DNA of 62,919 nt, filler included, from Globobulimina sp. (GCA_003354225.1; 30 parts of 30 records of this genome joined end to end with filler, not necessarily neighbours in it); one strand, 5' to 3'; shown: positions 47,645-61,070, numbered from the whole stretch's first letter. Translations and numbers: made by a program. The notes: generated by a model not told the origin, from the letters alone.

Positions 47645-48223
47645 TTATACACTGCACTCTTTGTGCATGGACGAAACAGACTGATCATAAGTTACTTGTG
47701 TTATAGTCTGACTTGTGTACGACTGTATATGTGCTTGTTGTTGTTGTTTGTATATTAGTTTTTGAATAACTGGAGCCGGTGGCGATTTATTATAATATGA
47801 AATGTCTTGGATTGACCGAGAAGTATCCGATTGTATACCAAAAATGCTATTATTATTAGGTGTAGATAACGTTACCGATTTGTTATTATTTCTGTTCAAA
47901 CATCTGCAGCAACAACAAAAACAACAGCAATAGCAACGGAAAGTGTTATCCTCCAAATCATCCTCATCGAAATGGAAACATATAGGACAACATAAGTCTG
48001 TCGAGGGTATTTTACGAAAAAATGCTAATATTACAATGGTTGGCAACCATTCCCAAAATACTATACAAAATACGGCAGCAACACCCAAATTATTATTTAT
48101 TTCATTCAATGAATCTGTCCAAACACCGGTTGATAAGATAAAAAAATATATACATCGAGTTAAAAATATGATAAATGTAACAAAGACGAATTTTAAGCTG
48201 AAAAATGCTTTGGATTTACCATG
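47645..48223 (-). CDS. GPR137/THH1-like membrane protein, C-terminal part
   Basis: FWEWLPTIVILAFFRK followed by Cys-rich tail. Confidence 0.55.
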   Translation of the reverse strand, partial: HGKSKAFFSLKFVFVTFIIFLTRCIYFFILSTGVWTDSLNEINNNLGVAAVFCIVFWEWLPTIVILAFFRKIPSTDLCCPICFHFDEDDLEDNTFRCYCCCFCCCCRCLNRNNNKSVTLSTPNNNSIFGIQSDTSRSIQDISYYNKSPPAPVIQKLIYKQQQQAHIQSYTSQTITQVTYDQSVSSMHKECSV

Positions 48224-48323
48224 NNNNNNNNNNNNNNNNNNNNNNNNNNNNNNNNNNNNNNNNNNNNTTAATTAATTAANNNNNNNNNNNNNNNNNNNNN
48301 NNNNNNNNNNNNNNNNNNNNNNN

Positions 48324-48927
48324 CAAGCAACAAAACTCGCAAAAACATTTGAAAATGGTCTCAAAACTAAACAAAATACAAAATGATGAAGAATGTATTT
48401 CGAAAAAATATTGCAAAATAAAAAATGAGTCGATTGAATTCAAAACAATTATTGACAGTTTATATAATAAGTTATCGTCGATTAATAACGATTTGCTTTC
48501 CACATTGAATGATATACAAACAAATTATTATAAAAAAAATAAAAATAAAAATAATAGAATGCAATATGATGATACTTTGAAAGCTGCGCAAATTGTGGAT
48601 GGATTCACTGTGAATGAATTGGAGGAAATCATGCATTGTAAAGGCAAAAAGAAAGAATGTTATGGCATAGCAAACGATTCATATTCACCAAAAACAATAT
48701 TATGGGATAAATACGGGGAGAAAATATTTGTTCTACAACTATTCGAAAAAATAATTGATGAAAGAATAAGATTGGAAATGATGATTTGTAAATTAAAAAT
48801 GCATCAAAATGGTGCTGCAAATAGTGATAATTTGGAGAATGATCAATTTGAGAAAATAAAAATAAAACATCAACAGCACATAAATGAATATCAAGCAATG
48901 CTCAACAAATTCAGAAAACATAAATGA
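48324..48927 (+). CDS. Hypothetical coiled-coil protein, 5' truncated
   Basis: Open frame of about 200 aa. Confidence 0.45.
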
Positions 48928-49604
48928 TATACATCTCTTCTGTTACATCTCTTCTGTAAGATTTTGTATGGGTATATTTAATAATATAGATTTTTTTTAA
49001 TAGCGCTAGAAAAATCATTTTTTTATTGCATTTGTTGTGTTAGGTCCTAGGATGATCGTAGTACTGGCGCATCACCAAACAATTTGTGTTTCTTGTGCAA
49101 ACAACCTGGGATGGTTGTTTGCGATGATTGTAATGAGAATGGCATCCATTACTTCTTCCCGTGTCGTACGTGTAAAAAGTACGACTGAATAATGTTCATA
49201 ATAACTACCACAACATAACGTTTTTTGTAAATATTGTTTTGTTGATTTATTTGTGTATTCTGTGTACAATGTGTTTGTTTATGGGAAATGTTCAGTGTAA
49301 AAACAGACACATGTAGATTACGGCTAGAAATTTTACATTATATATTCATATTGCATTTATTGTTATTTGTAACCAAAAAAATAACCAAAAATGCGTCACA
49401 ATCTCTGGTAGTCGCTCTTGAAATAAAAACAGATTCCATTGTATTTTTGGTGTAAAATCTTTATACGTATTTTTGGAGTACAGGAAGCGCCCTTAACTAG
49501 TTTTCAAATAAGGGGAAGCGCCCTTAAACGGACCATGACGGCACATCCAAAAACTATTAATGTAAAATGAACATCGTTTATTTGATTGTTCTGCCCATAT
49601 CAAG

Positions 49605-50323
49605 TTGAGATATACACCATTATCATTGTATTTTTCTATCACAATATACAATGTTATTGTCACAGTATTTTTAAACATTCAATGTGAGGCACAATTCCAT
49701 TTATCCAATGCTATACTACCACAAAAAATGCACATGCATTTTGCAGGAATTTACAACGAAACGTTTACTGTTTTTGGTGGTAAGGATTCTACACAATCAT
49801 TCATCACAGAATCTCTCTCAGCATCAGTCTCCTTCACATTTAACATCAGTGCATGGAATCTAAACACTGTAACAATGCCATTGGGCATAACCGGCCTATA
49901 CACTTATTCAAAAGTTACCATAAATGAAAAAATATATATAATTAATCCGTACATATCGGGTGGTTCAGCTGTCGATCAACATGGAATGTTTATTTACAAT
50001 TTAGCTACAAATGGATACACAGTCTCAGTGACACCAACATACTCCGTTGCCGGTGCCTGCGCAGTGCATAACAGCAATACTAATATTATATATGCACTTG
50101 GTGGGAACGAGGCGGGTGTTTACAGAAAACACACTCAGCGATTCAACATTTCAAGCAATACATGGCTCAGTCTTGGAGGCAACACAGTATATTTCAAATC
50201 GTACGCAGGCTGTTCCTTTGATGCAGCAAATAGTTATATTTTCTATTTTGGTGGTTATGGGTCATCTTCATCGCCATCGTCACCGTCTTATCTCAATGCA
50301 ATTGAAAAATATAGCGCGTCTGA
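49605..50323 (+). CDS. Secreted kelch-repeat protein, truncated
   Basis: Hydrophobic leader; TVFGG, IYALGG...RFNISSNTW, IFYFGG...IEKY. Confidence 0.75.
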
Positions 50324-50423
50324 NNNNNNNNNNNNNNNNNNNNNNNNNNNNNNNNNNNNNNNNNNNNTTAATTAATTAANNNNNNNNNNNNNNNNNNNNN
50401 NNNNNNNNNNNNNNNNNNNNNNN

Positions 50424-52423
50424 TTGATATCCTTGTTTAGATGATAAATATTCTCAGTATAAATCTTTACTTTGGGATCAAATAATTTGCCGTTGTAATG
50501 CAGTAAATGGACTATACATTTACCGGTATTATTATTCTTTTGCTCAATTTCTTGCTTTATTAATTTACAGACATCATTTTGATCATATTTAATATATTTA
50601 CACTGTGAAAGTTGCCCATTTTTATCAATAAATAATTTAAATTGTAATAAGCGTGCACATTGTGAATTGGAATGATTATTATTAACCAACACAAATATGT
50701 TATCATTTGATTGCTGCAATGACGATAATTTATTCTTATTATCAAATTGTTTTATTTTGCCAGTATTGGACATGGTTACTACATCAATGTCGCGAATATC
50801 AATCTTATTTTTATTTTCTATATGTAAATATTGAATAATTTGGTATTTTAACACATCAATTGAGCAATAATCAACTAACGTACATGTTGGTAATATGTCA
50901 CAGGTATTATTAAATACAATATTTACGCTACTAAATGATACATCATTACTACTGACCGGCAAATCGATGTCACGAAATACGACATATTGTTGAAATATTT
51001 TATTACAATGCAAACATTCATATATTAATCGTTCAATTCCATCAAATATTTTACGTACAATTGAATTATTTGGATTATGTTTGCTCACTAATTTAGCAAT
51101 AATTTTATTCTCGTCACTCACCGATAGTGTATTACCATGATATAATTGATATTTATCCATATATTCGATTGCTTTTATTGATTTACCATTATTGCCCAAT
51201 TTAATTCGATTAATTTCCTCTTCAATCTCAGAATCTAATGCTTGTAACATAATAGTTAATGATCGAACAGAATCATCTTGTTCACCTGAACCAAAATCTG
51301 AATCAATGTTATTTAATGCATTAAGAATATCTGAGGGTCGATGGGTGCGGACATAGTTTGATTTACAATTTTTTGCTGGTTGATTATAAATTATATCACA
51401 TAAATCGGTCCATGCATTCAACATTGGTCGATTGCGAATTTTGGATTGCTTATTCCATCCGAACCATTTTTTCTGCGCGTTTTTGGCACTCACAAAATTG
51501 GGGGATTTTGCGCGTTTTTTTAAATATCTGCTTAAGTATGGTGACTGACATAATAATTGGATTGACGTATTTAAAAAACATGTAAATCCCATGTTATCTA
51601 AACCAATAACACCCTTTGATGTTGGTGTTGACAATTTTTCTTCATCGACTGCTGTAGAATATAATTTATGATATTTTTGTTTTGCTGACTGTAATTTTTC
51701 CATAAATTTTCGTCGGGGTAATTTTTTGGATATAATTAATGTTAAATCATCACTGGTTGTATCTAATAACTCTTTTCCATCCATAATTTTACCAAACTCT
51801 TTTGCATATTTCTTAAATGCTGGTACTGAATTCACCCAACATTCGACATCGTCTTTGCTCCATTCACTCATTAATTTTTCATTCCAGTTCAATGGCTCAC
51901 TCTTAATTTTAATTAATTTTATTCTTTTCTGCCAACCTTTCTTATCAATATCAATATCAATGTAATCGATCTCAAATTTATTATCAATCGCACATATTTC
52001 TACCTTGATTGTACTGCCATAAATAGTTAATATTTTGCCATCGACCCATTCATTACTGTCTAATAACAATTTAATTTTATCATTTTCTTTAAGTTCGATT
52101 TTATCAGATAATTGTTTATCTTTTTTATTCTCTGTGTCATTTTGTTTATCATTTTTATTCTCGGACTTCTCTGTGCCATTTTGTTCATTCTCTGTGTCAT
52201 TTTTAGTTTGGTCACACGGTCGAAGAACTTTTGCTATTTCATCCTTTAAAACTACTTCAAATTGCTTACCGGTACCAGGAGGCATTTCAAATACGATTTG
52301 AATACGACCACTATCGAAACAACCGCATACTTTTGCATTTACCCAGTTAGCGCTGCACTCATTGCCATTGCTTTTCTTATCACGCAATTTATATAACACA
52401 TCATCACCTCTTTTATACACATG
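50424..52423 (-). CDS. Ubiquitin-specific protease with Tudor-like and SAM-like N-terminal domains, truncated
   Basis: Cys box GLDNMGFTCFLNTSIQLL, EQDDS, IFDG...CLHC; WSKDDVECWV...MDGKELL. Confidence 0.88.
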
Positions 52424-52538
52424 NNNNNNNNNNNNNNNNNNNNNNNNNNNNNNNNNNNNNNNNNNNNTTAATTAATTAANNNNNNNNNNNNNNNNNNNNN
52501 NNNNNNNNNNNNNNNNNNNNNNNCATATTACTGTCAAT

Positions 52539-54107
52539 ATGCATCAACAAACATTTATAATGCATTCAAAAAAAGGCAAGAAACATTTAATTAGGTCCAT
52601 GCAAACAAATGACAGCGACCAAAATATTAAAACATCGATGCAATTGTCATTACCAACAAATATCAAACACTTACATGATTTAAACCGGATTGGCATAATA
52701 ATCCCAATAATTTATCAAAAACCGGGCAAAAACGAGCAAGAAGAAAAGAAAGAGAGTACTGATTATTATACAAATGCACCACGAGATGTTATTGCAGTGT
52801 TACAAGAGAGAAAAACCAGACTAAGTTCGAATGATTTTGGAAAAGGAATATTATTTCCATACATTATCAATAACGAAAATTATGAATGGTACATTTTAAG
52901 CGATTTATATATAACCACGATACAGAAAAATTATAAATTGCAAAGAGCATTGATTCAAAATGAAATAACCAATGATGCGCGAAGGAGCCATTTAGAACAA
53001 ACATATTTATCATATTCGTATGGCAAAACCAAAAATGTTATAAAATCAATAATTTTATGTAGCAAAACGATGAAAGTATGCGTGTTTACAACAACCTGCG
53101 GCTTATTCTACACAGAACATAGATTATGTTCTAACTATCATGATAAGAATGATAGCAATAACTATGAGATGAATATCTCCGTACCATTGCTTTATCGGAC
53201 TGAGTATAGCTGGAACCAAAGGGGCAAAGATATGTTTGTGGATTTTTGGACGCAGGGAAACAGCGATATTTATGTTTGGAATTATAATAATAACATAATA
53301 TATAATGTATGCTTTAACATTGCTGTCCTGCATAAATATAATGATATTGATCTAAGTGAAATGGTAAAAGATATGGATAAATCGCAAAATATGCTGTTTG
53401 CGGATGATGAGGATGGCAATGATCAAAAATCGGATGATATGGCAGCTTCTGAAGAAGAAATGAATGCAAAATTACGAGAGAATGGCGTCTTAGCAGTAAA
53501 TGCAATGTACAAAATTGATACAAAGTTATCAATTTTTGCTGTAAGACCACAAAAAGATGATTGTGAGATAAAGGCAGTTTATTATGAGAGTGGTATTGGT
53601 GAATATGTTGAAGCTGTTTATTGGATCGAAAGAAATATAAAATTTGGAAATTGGAGGTTTGGTGGAATTGCGAAACAACATTTATTTAAAACATCAAAAC
53701 AGAAAAGTATTCAAAGTGGATTAAGGAAACGAGAAAAGAGGTTTTATCAAACTGCGCCAAAGGGACTTACACAAGAAATGTTTTACATTGGTTTTGTTGA
53801 TGAGAGAGATGTCAGTAATAAACAATTTGTCATTATATTAAAAAATCATGTTGTGACTATCCCGTTGTTAAAGAAATGTGATGTTGATAATGAACATAAT
53901 ACAAAACCATTTGCGTATTGTTTAAGTGTTAAAGATGTGGCACCGAAATTATTATTAATGAATAATGAAATAAAATTTGATGCAATAAATCAATGGCATT
54001 ATAATTATTCAAATCATACATTATATATATTTGAAAAAATGGCAGCAACCGGTGTTTATCCATACAGAATGAATGAAATTGCAATTAATGCATTCACCTT
54101 TGATTAA
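52539..54107 (+). CDS. Hypothetical protein
   Basis: 522-aa ORF; no motif recognised. Confidence 0.6.
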   Translation: MHQQTFIMHSKKGKKHLIRSMQTNDSDQNIKTSMQLSLPTNIKHLHDLNRIGIIIPIIYQKPGKNEQEEKKESTDYYTNAPRDVIAVLQERKTRLSSNDFGKGILFPYIINNENYEWYILSDLYITTIQKNYKLQRALIQNEITNDARRSHLEQTYLSYSYGKTKNVIKSIILCSKTMKVCVFTTTCGLFYTEHRLCSNYHDKNDSNNYEMNISVPLLYRTEYSWNQRGKDMFVDFWTQGNSDIYVWNYNNNIIYNVCFNIAVLHKYNDIDLSEMVKDMDKSQNMLFADDEDGNDQKSDDMAASEEEMNAKLRENGVLAVNAMYKIDTKLSIFAVRPQKDDCEIKAVYYESGIGEYVEAVYWIERNIKFGNWRFGGIAKQHLFKTSKQKSIQSGLRKREKRFYQTAPKGLTQEMFYIGFVDERDVSNKQFVIILKNHVVTIPLLKKCDVDNEHNTKPFAYCLSVKDVAPKLLLMNNEIKFDAINQWHYNYSNHTLYIFEKMAATGVYPYRMNEIAINAFTFD

Positions 54108-54627
54108 TATTATGTTTTGTTTTTGTTGATATGAATATGTCGCGTTTATGTAGGCTAAATATATATTGTGCAAGGATAAAACGAGAGGAAAAACGTGGAT
54201 AATGGCAGAAACGTCCACCCATAGTTGGAAGGAGTGAAGCACAGATTTGTGTTAGGCACATCTTTGGAGACTAGGAAATATATTTATAACTATCATTGTA
54301 TTCTAATGGATTTTTCTGAGGAAAGGAGAAAATATAAGGGACTTAAACAAAAAAAATTCAATGAAATTTTGTCATCCGGTTATATTGAGGATTTTGTTAC
54401 AATTTATGGCTTAAATAATTATAAAGTTGTATTGGCAAATGGCGAACATATAGAATCAACATTAAATTTATTAACCAAAACATATTGGTCACACAATGTC
54501 ATTCCGACAATATTTGACATGAANNNNNNNNNNNNNNNNNNNNNNNNNNNNNNNNNNNNNNNNNNNNTTAATTAATTAANNNNNNNNNNNNNNNNNNNNN
54601 NNNNNNNNNNNNNNNNNNNNNNNACAG

Positions 54628-56370
54628 TGGATGGTATGCTGTTGATTATGAATATGCTGATTACTTTACATGGGGAATGGGTGAAAGTTGTCAGTTTTTC
54701 AACGCCGATTGTGTCAGTAATGACGAATCTAATTTTGAGCAGTATTGGTGCACAGACTCCGCTGATGATGGATGTTCCTATGATTACAGCACAGTGTCAG
54801 AGTGTGTCAATCAAAAAACAGGTACTATACCGACTCAATTTAGATATTATACGGATCCACAATTTGCTGGGCCTGAATCGCACGATTTTTGTGCATTTAG
54901 AATACCAGAAACACATTCGATTTATACCGATTATGAGGAAACTTGTTGGGATTTAAGAGGGAATATATACTCTGCGACCGCGCAATATCAAGGTGTTGTA
55001 TTTGGAGCTAATTCGCGTTGTGTCGAAGTAGATTATGATGACATGAAAAGTGGTTATTGTTTCCAACACGAATGCGTTGGATGGCGTGCTAGAAATAAAT
55101 ACTTTTCTGCAGTTCGAATCAAAATTAATGACGGTTCAATCGGTGATTTGGAAATAATTACATGTTTAAGGAATGATGCAATGTCATGGAAGGAATCTAA
55201 ATCGTACGGAGCATGGATAAAATGCCCAAATATTGGTATGTTACATCGATATCGTCAGTTAATTGCGGTTGTTGTTTTTATATATTTTTATCCAAAAAGA
55301 CACGATTTGTGGGAAAACCTCAAAGCCTTTTAATTGTTTTTGGGGGCATTACAGTGATGCATTGAATGCATGTATTTGTTCGGTTGGATATATTGGCAAT
55401 GATTGTTCTGTAAAAGACATAAATCGTTTAGCCATTGAAGCGTCCGTCGCTACGACAGTAAGATCACCACAACAATCTGCGGCAGGAATATGTATCACAA
55501 ATAGTATCAGTGCCAATGTGAATGGTTTTTATTTGTATGACGGTGAATATGAAGGTATTGCCTCATATACCTATGACGGGAGTAACATTAATAGCCATTT
55601 TATATATTATATGCGGTTTTATTCTCAATGGAATATAGGTATATTTAAGGCCGATTTGTCAGTATATGCATATTGTACGCAATCATGGCCAAATAATCAA
55701 ATGATGACAATGGATATTACAGATTGTAAGTTGTGGCTGACCTGGGATGGCATCAATGGATGGAATTATGATAATCGTATTAATGTATTTCAGTGCACAA
55801 ACACATTTGCACCAACATCAAATCCAAGCATAACACCAACAAATATCCCAACAATTGAGCCAACAGCAAATCCCACAAAGAATCCAACTATAAATCCTAC
55901 TTTTAACCCAACCGTAGAACCAAGTATAAATCCAACAAATTTCCCATCAGATTTTCCAACTGAAATACCAACAATTAATCCAAGCATATCACCGTCAAAT
56001 ATACCGTCATCATTACCCACATTATCACCAATAATATTACCTACATCGCAGCCTACGCTCGAACCAACACATAAACAATCGTTGCATCCTACTCTTGAGC
56101 CAACATATGTTCCTACAATTTCCCCGACATATAATCCTCCCACATTTGACCCTGCAATTTTCCCTACAGTTTCTACGTCCATTCCAACTATTTACCCAAC
56201 ATATAATCCAAGTTTTGAGCCAACAAAGCAACCTACAATTTTTCCTACAATTTTTCCTACTGTTTATCCTACAGTTTATCCTACACTTTTTCCTACATTT
56301 TATCCAACACATAACGGCATAAACACATCTCCAAATTCTACAACCAAACCAACAGACTACAATCGCACTG
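54628..56370 (+). CDS. Leishmanolysin (M8)-like protease, C-terminal part with EGF-like domain and PT-repeat stalk; intron 55236-55299
   Basis: GWYAVDYEYADYFTWGMGESCQF, FGANSRC, IKCPNIDTIC; CICSVGYIGNDCS; long PTxx array. Confidence 0.75.
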
Positions 56371-56457
56371 GAATTATACTTCAGTCCCTGGCCTTGCCAG
56401 GTCTTGGTCTGTCACGCATTTCCGGAAATCCTCACTGGATAAGAGGAGTTGCCGGAT

Positions 56458-56622
56458 ATGGCTGATTTTTTACCGGCCATTGACCAACTGGGCTATAACT
56501 GCTTTCTGGCCGAGTATCGCGGCTATGGGATGTCTGACGGTAAACCGGCCCTGGTCGATATGCTGGCTGATGTGGAGCGGATTATGGCTGCTATTGGACA
56601 GCCCCCGGGAAAGCTGGTGTTG
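56458..56622 (+). CDS. Bacterial alpha/beta hydrolase fragment
   Basis: LGYNCFLAEYRGYGMSDGKP; abrupt GC rise after about 56380. Confidence 0.8.
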
Positions 56623-56894
56623 NNNNNNNNNNNNNNNNNNNNNNNNNNNNNNNNNNNNNNNNNNNNTTAATTAATTAANNNNNNNNNNNNNNNNNNNNNN
56701 NNNNNNNNNNNNNNNNNNNNNNACACCACGTCGGTATATACCAAAAATACATTAAATACAACGCGTTGTGAATGTGTTATCTCCCATAAAAAATAGAATG
56801 CAAAAGCAATCGAGCTTAAATATGAAATATACATAGCCTCCAATAACAAGAAGAGTGACGTTGGCAAATTAAAGATTGTTTGAGACAGATAACA

Positions 56895-56964
56895 CTTTCA
56901 CCTGTTTGGGACAATGGAGCGCGTCCAAATCGCTCCTTCGTGGGTTCGATTCCTGCATCGAAAG
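56895..56964 (+). pseudogene. Degenerate tRNA-like element (CCA-containing loop)
   Basis: B box GGTTCGATTCC in a T arm; GGAGCG/CGCTCC stem around GTCCAAA; partial acceptor CTTTC/GAAAG; D arm abnormal. Confidence 0.4.
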
Positions 56965-57699
56965 AGGTTCAATCAAGACACTCACAGAATTATTGCTCTC
57001 CTCTTCTTTTTTTTTGATATTAAAGCAACATATTTAAACTCAAATTGAATACATATTTTTTTGATTCATTTTTTATTCTTTGCATCCAATACTTTCATTC
57101 CAACCAATTAGATCTTTTTCCAAATCCTTATGACTTTTTATAAAATAACATCCGAAACACACTGCATATTCACATTCAATCCACACACAAATGTCACACA
57201 TATTTTTGATGTTTAACACTATCCCTTTCCGCAAACTCAACAATCATATATATTACTCATTGCTCAATATGCTGTTGACTGTGCTTGCGTGTCGACCGCA
57301 TCTACAAGGACAATCATTGATAACTTGCAGTTGCTATAAAATTCATATGTGACACGACCATAAATCCTTCAATGACAGGTATATGAATTGTATGACTTAA
57401 TGATTTAATGATTGTGTGTAACTACAATGTGTATGTTTCTTAATTTATATCCAAAACGTTTTACTCTCAGCACACTTCGTATTCTTGATTTGTTACAAGT
57501 TGTTGTTTATCCATCAGAAATTTCAGGAATCAGACATATTCTGAAACGTACCATCGTCAACAAGAATCATGCAATATCAACAGTCAAGACGTTGCTGCGT
57601 ATTCATATTATTACTTTTTCTAATCCAAAACAGTTGAGAATGGTCTCTTTATGCTCATACAATAATATATATTCAATTCCCCTCATGATCAGCAATTGG

Positions 57700-58721
57700 T
57701 AATGGCCAGACAATAAACTGTAACCCAGTTTGTGATTGCAATACGTACGGTGAATGTTATCAAGACACATTGAATTGCATTGGATCGACATACTGCACAG
57801 TCCGGTGCACGCATCGCGACGCTTGCCAGGACGCAGTAATTAACTGCAAAGATGGCATACCGTGCAATGTAGAATGTGGTGAATATGGATGGGACGATGA
57901 ATGGTCCACATACAAAGACGGTGGCTGTTACAGCGCACAAATCAATGGCAACAGCGCCTCCAGTTTGACAATTACGACGGAAGCAGAATATGAGAGTGGT
58001 TATCCTCAAAAATCATTAGAATACGCCACTATTAATTGTCCAAATGGAGGAAGTTGCAGTGTGTCGTGTACTGGAACATATTCAAACTGCTTCCAAGCCA
58101 CAATTACCGCAAACGATGCGAGTAGTTTGAATATTTATTGTACCGGAACGCAAAGTACACAAACCTGTGGGTATATGACTGTATATTGTCCGGACACTGC
58201 GTCCAGTGTTTGTTCGCTGCAATATTCTGGAACAAGCAACAGTTACTGGGAGTTCTATGAACTGGATATTTACTCATTGCATGGATTTAATCAGGTGGCC
58301 ATCTCAGGGACCTCTTCAGTTGCAAGCACCTATGCCACTGTACACTGCCAAGATGGATATGTATCGTCATGCTCTATCTTAGGCACTGCTAATTCGTGCA
58401 ATTCACCTACTGATATATGTACAAATCCACCGACAAAGAGCCCCACTCTAAGTCCAAGTGCACAGACCACAGCTCCCACTTCACCACCATCTGTGGCACC
58501 CAGTAATGCTCCTACATCGCCACCTTCATTTGCCCCATCAACAGCTCCCACCCAATCACCCAGTAATGCACACACATCACCACCAAGTCATATACCTACA
58601 AGTCCGCCATCATTGGCACCCAGCAATGTACCTACTTCAACGCCTAGTTTAGCGCCAACTGATGCCCCTAGCATTGCACCTAGTAAAGCGCCAAGTAATT
58701 CGCCTAGTAATGTACCATCAT
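57700..58721 (+). CDS. Cys-rich repeat surface protein with PS/PT stalk, truncated
   Basis: Repeats of C.....C..A.I.C; PTxxPS array. Confidence 0.7.
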
Positions 58722-59069
58722 NNNNNNNNNNNNNNNNNNNNNNNNNNNNNNNNNNNNNNNNNNNNTTAATTAATTAANNNNNNNNNNNNNNNNNNNNNNN
58801 NNNNNNNNNNNNNNNNNNNNNATATTATTAAAGCAAGGATAGGATATGGAAGTGATAAATCCTGGTTAAGTGATATTTTGAATGAATCAGTAAAACAAAG
58901 ATTTAATGATAAAAAATGGAATATAAATTTATCAAAAGATGGTGGCTGGGATTATTTGACAATTAAGCAATGATTTAATTTTTTTTATATTCTTTTTGCG
59001 TGTTTTTTGTGATTTGTTGTTTTCAGACTTTTCAGTCCTAAACTCCTAAAAATAACAGCTTAAGCGGGC

Positions 59070-60370
59070 ATGGATCCGTCTGAACCCGAAAGCAATGCAA
59101 ATAAAGAGAATGTAAATCAGGGCAATTCAGAAGTATCCGCTTCCAAACAAGAGTCAGACAGTGATTCCCAAAGTGACGCAGAATCTAAACAAAATCTGAT
59201 CGATAAGAATGAATTTAATACGAAATATGACAATTTACAAAGACAATGGTTGGATGGCTTTGTCGCTCCAAAAGATTTAGATCCCGAACAAGTTAAAAAA
59301 TACGGCGACCATTCCTATATATTATCATATATCTTACCCGCCAATGACGAAAAAAACAAAGAAATCACATTCCATCCCAATTATTCCTACGCATATACCA
59401 ATTACGAGAAAGACTGTATTTTGCCCTCAATGGACCAGGATACGTTGAAAAAAACCCAGGCAAAGTTCCAAGCGCATGTCGACAGATTGGAAAAGAAAAT
59501 ATTATCCAAAATCAGAAAGCAGCAAAAAAAATTGACCGCAGCCGAGCAAAAAAAGGATGAACAGGAAAAAAAGCGAAAATCCGGATGGATTGTACCTGAA
59601 TTTTGTGTGCCAATTCGTACTGATATCCGAGCGTTTGATTTTTGTGCATTGGCCAAAAAACAAAAGGAATTAAGGTGCGGAAAAAGAAATTATTTTTCCA
59701 GCCCGAAACTGACATTTTTAGTGTCGCATTTTTTCAGTTTGAAACTGAAAAAAAAAAATCCAAAAATATGCATGGATTTTTTTTTTGAGTTTGAAACTGC
59801 AAATTTTCAGTTTGAAACTGAAACGGATGCGCTTTGTGTTGATTTAGTGGCCGTTTATTTGACGTGATTATGATGGATCCGCCATGGCAGTTAGCGACGG
59901 CCAATCCGACCCGCGGCGTCGCGATCGGTTACAGTCAGTTGGAAGATAACATCATATCGGGTTTGCCCATCCATATCTTGCAGGAGAATGGCTTTTTGTT
60001 TGTGTGGGTCATCAATGCCAAGTATCGATTGGCGTTGTCGTTGTTTAAGCGATGGGGCTACAAAATGATTGGCGACGTTTCGTGGGTCAAGCAAACGGTG
60101 AATCGGCGCATTGCCAATGGGCATGGATTTTATTTACAACATGCAAAGGAAACGTGTTTGATTGGCTTGAAAGGCGATATACGGCAGATTCGGTACACAA
60201 AAGGCATTTGTTCGGATGTCATTTATTCGGAAAGAAGAGGGCAGTCGCAAAAACCGGAAGAGATTTATCAATATATTGAACAGTTAGTGCCCAGAGGATA
60301 TTACATGGAAATATTTGCGCGCAGAAATAACCTCAGAAATGGCTGGTTTTCTATTGGTAATGAACTTTAA
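59070..60370 (+). CDS. AMT1: MT-A70 family adenine methyltransferase, AMT1/MTA1 clade (DNA 6mA); intron 59675-59847
   Basis: FDVIMMDPPWQLATANPTRGVAIGY, GHGFYLQHAKETCLIG, SERRGQSQKPEEIY, EIFARRNNL..W.SIGNEL. Confidence 0.9.
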
Positions 60371-61070
60371 TTTTGTTTTTATTTTTTTTTAATTTCTATT
60401 TAACTGGTATTCAAGCATTGGATTCTTTTTTTTTACTGATTAATTTTGGTTAGTTCGACGAAACGTGTTTGATAATTCAAGAATGGTTTGTTCGATCTCA
60501 AGAAAAATACACAGCTAAAAGACAGTTTTGATACAAAGTTCTGATACAATTTCATAATTATTGTACATGTCATTCGTTTCTGGGCGCAAACAAAATCCAA
60601 CACAACTTCTCCGAAGTTCGCTTAACGAGTTCTACGGATTCCAACACCATTTTGGACTGCAACACTTTTCTATATTTTTTCTCATTTTCAAACATTTTTG
60701 CATGTTGTTCTGCTTCCTTTCTTTTCCTGTCCTCTTCCAATATGGCTAGCTCCTCTTCATCTAATTCGACAATTATTTCTTGTATTGGTTCTACAGAATC
60801 TACTCTGATCTCATTATCCTNNNNNNNNNNNNNNNNNNNNNNNNNNNNNNNNNNNNNNNNNNNNTTAATTAATTAANNNNNNNNNNNNNNNNNNNNNNNN
60901 NNNNNNNNNNNNNNNNNNNNCTCCCAGCAGGCAATTGACTAAGTGCTTTTTGAGTCTTTAAGTAGTAGAAGATAAGAAAAAGTTAGTTGACTATGGTCAA
61001 TTGGGGGAAAGGCCCGAACAAGAAATAAATAAATACAGCATTTGGTGTGGAAAAGTAAAGGGAACTAAAA

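Noticed and set aside
49483-49527. Direct repeat GGAAGCGCCCTTAA upstream of the kelch gene
   Set aside because: Only two short copies; no function can be supported
55790-56322. Antisense VG-rich and CR-rich ORFs
   Set aside because: Shadows of the PT-repeat coding strand; most short overlapping ORFs in the track are similar shadows
21018-56622. Horizontal transfer of tonB, rpoB, LVIVD and hydrolase genes
   Set aside because: All are truncated, intron-free, at contig ends and abruptly joined; chimerism is simpler
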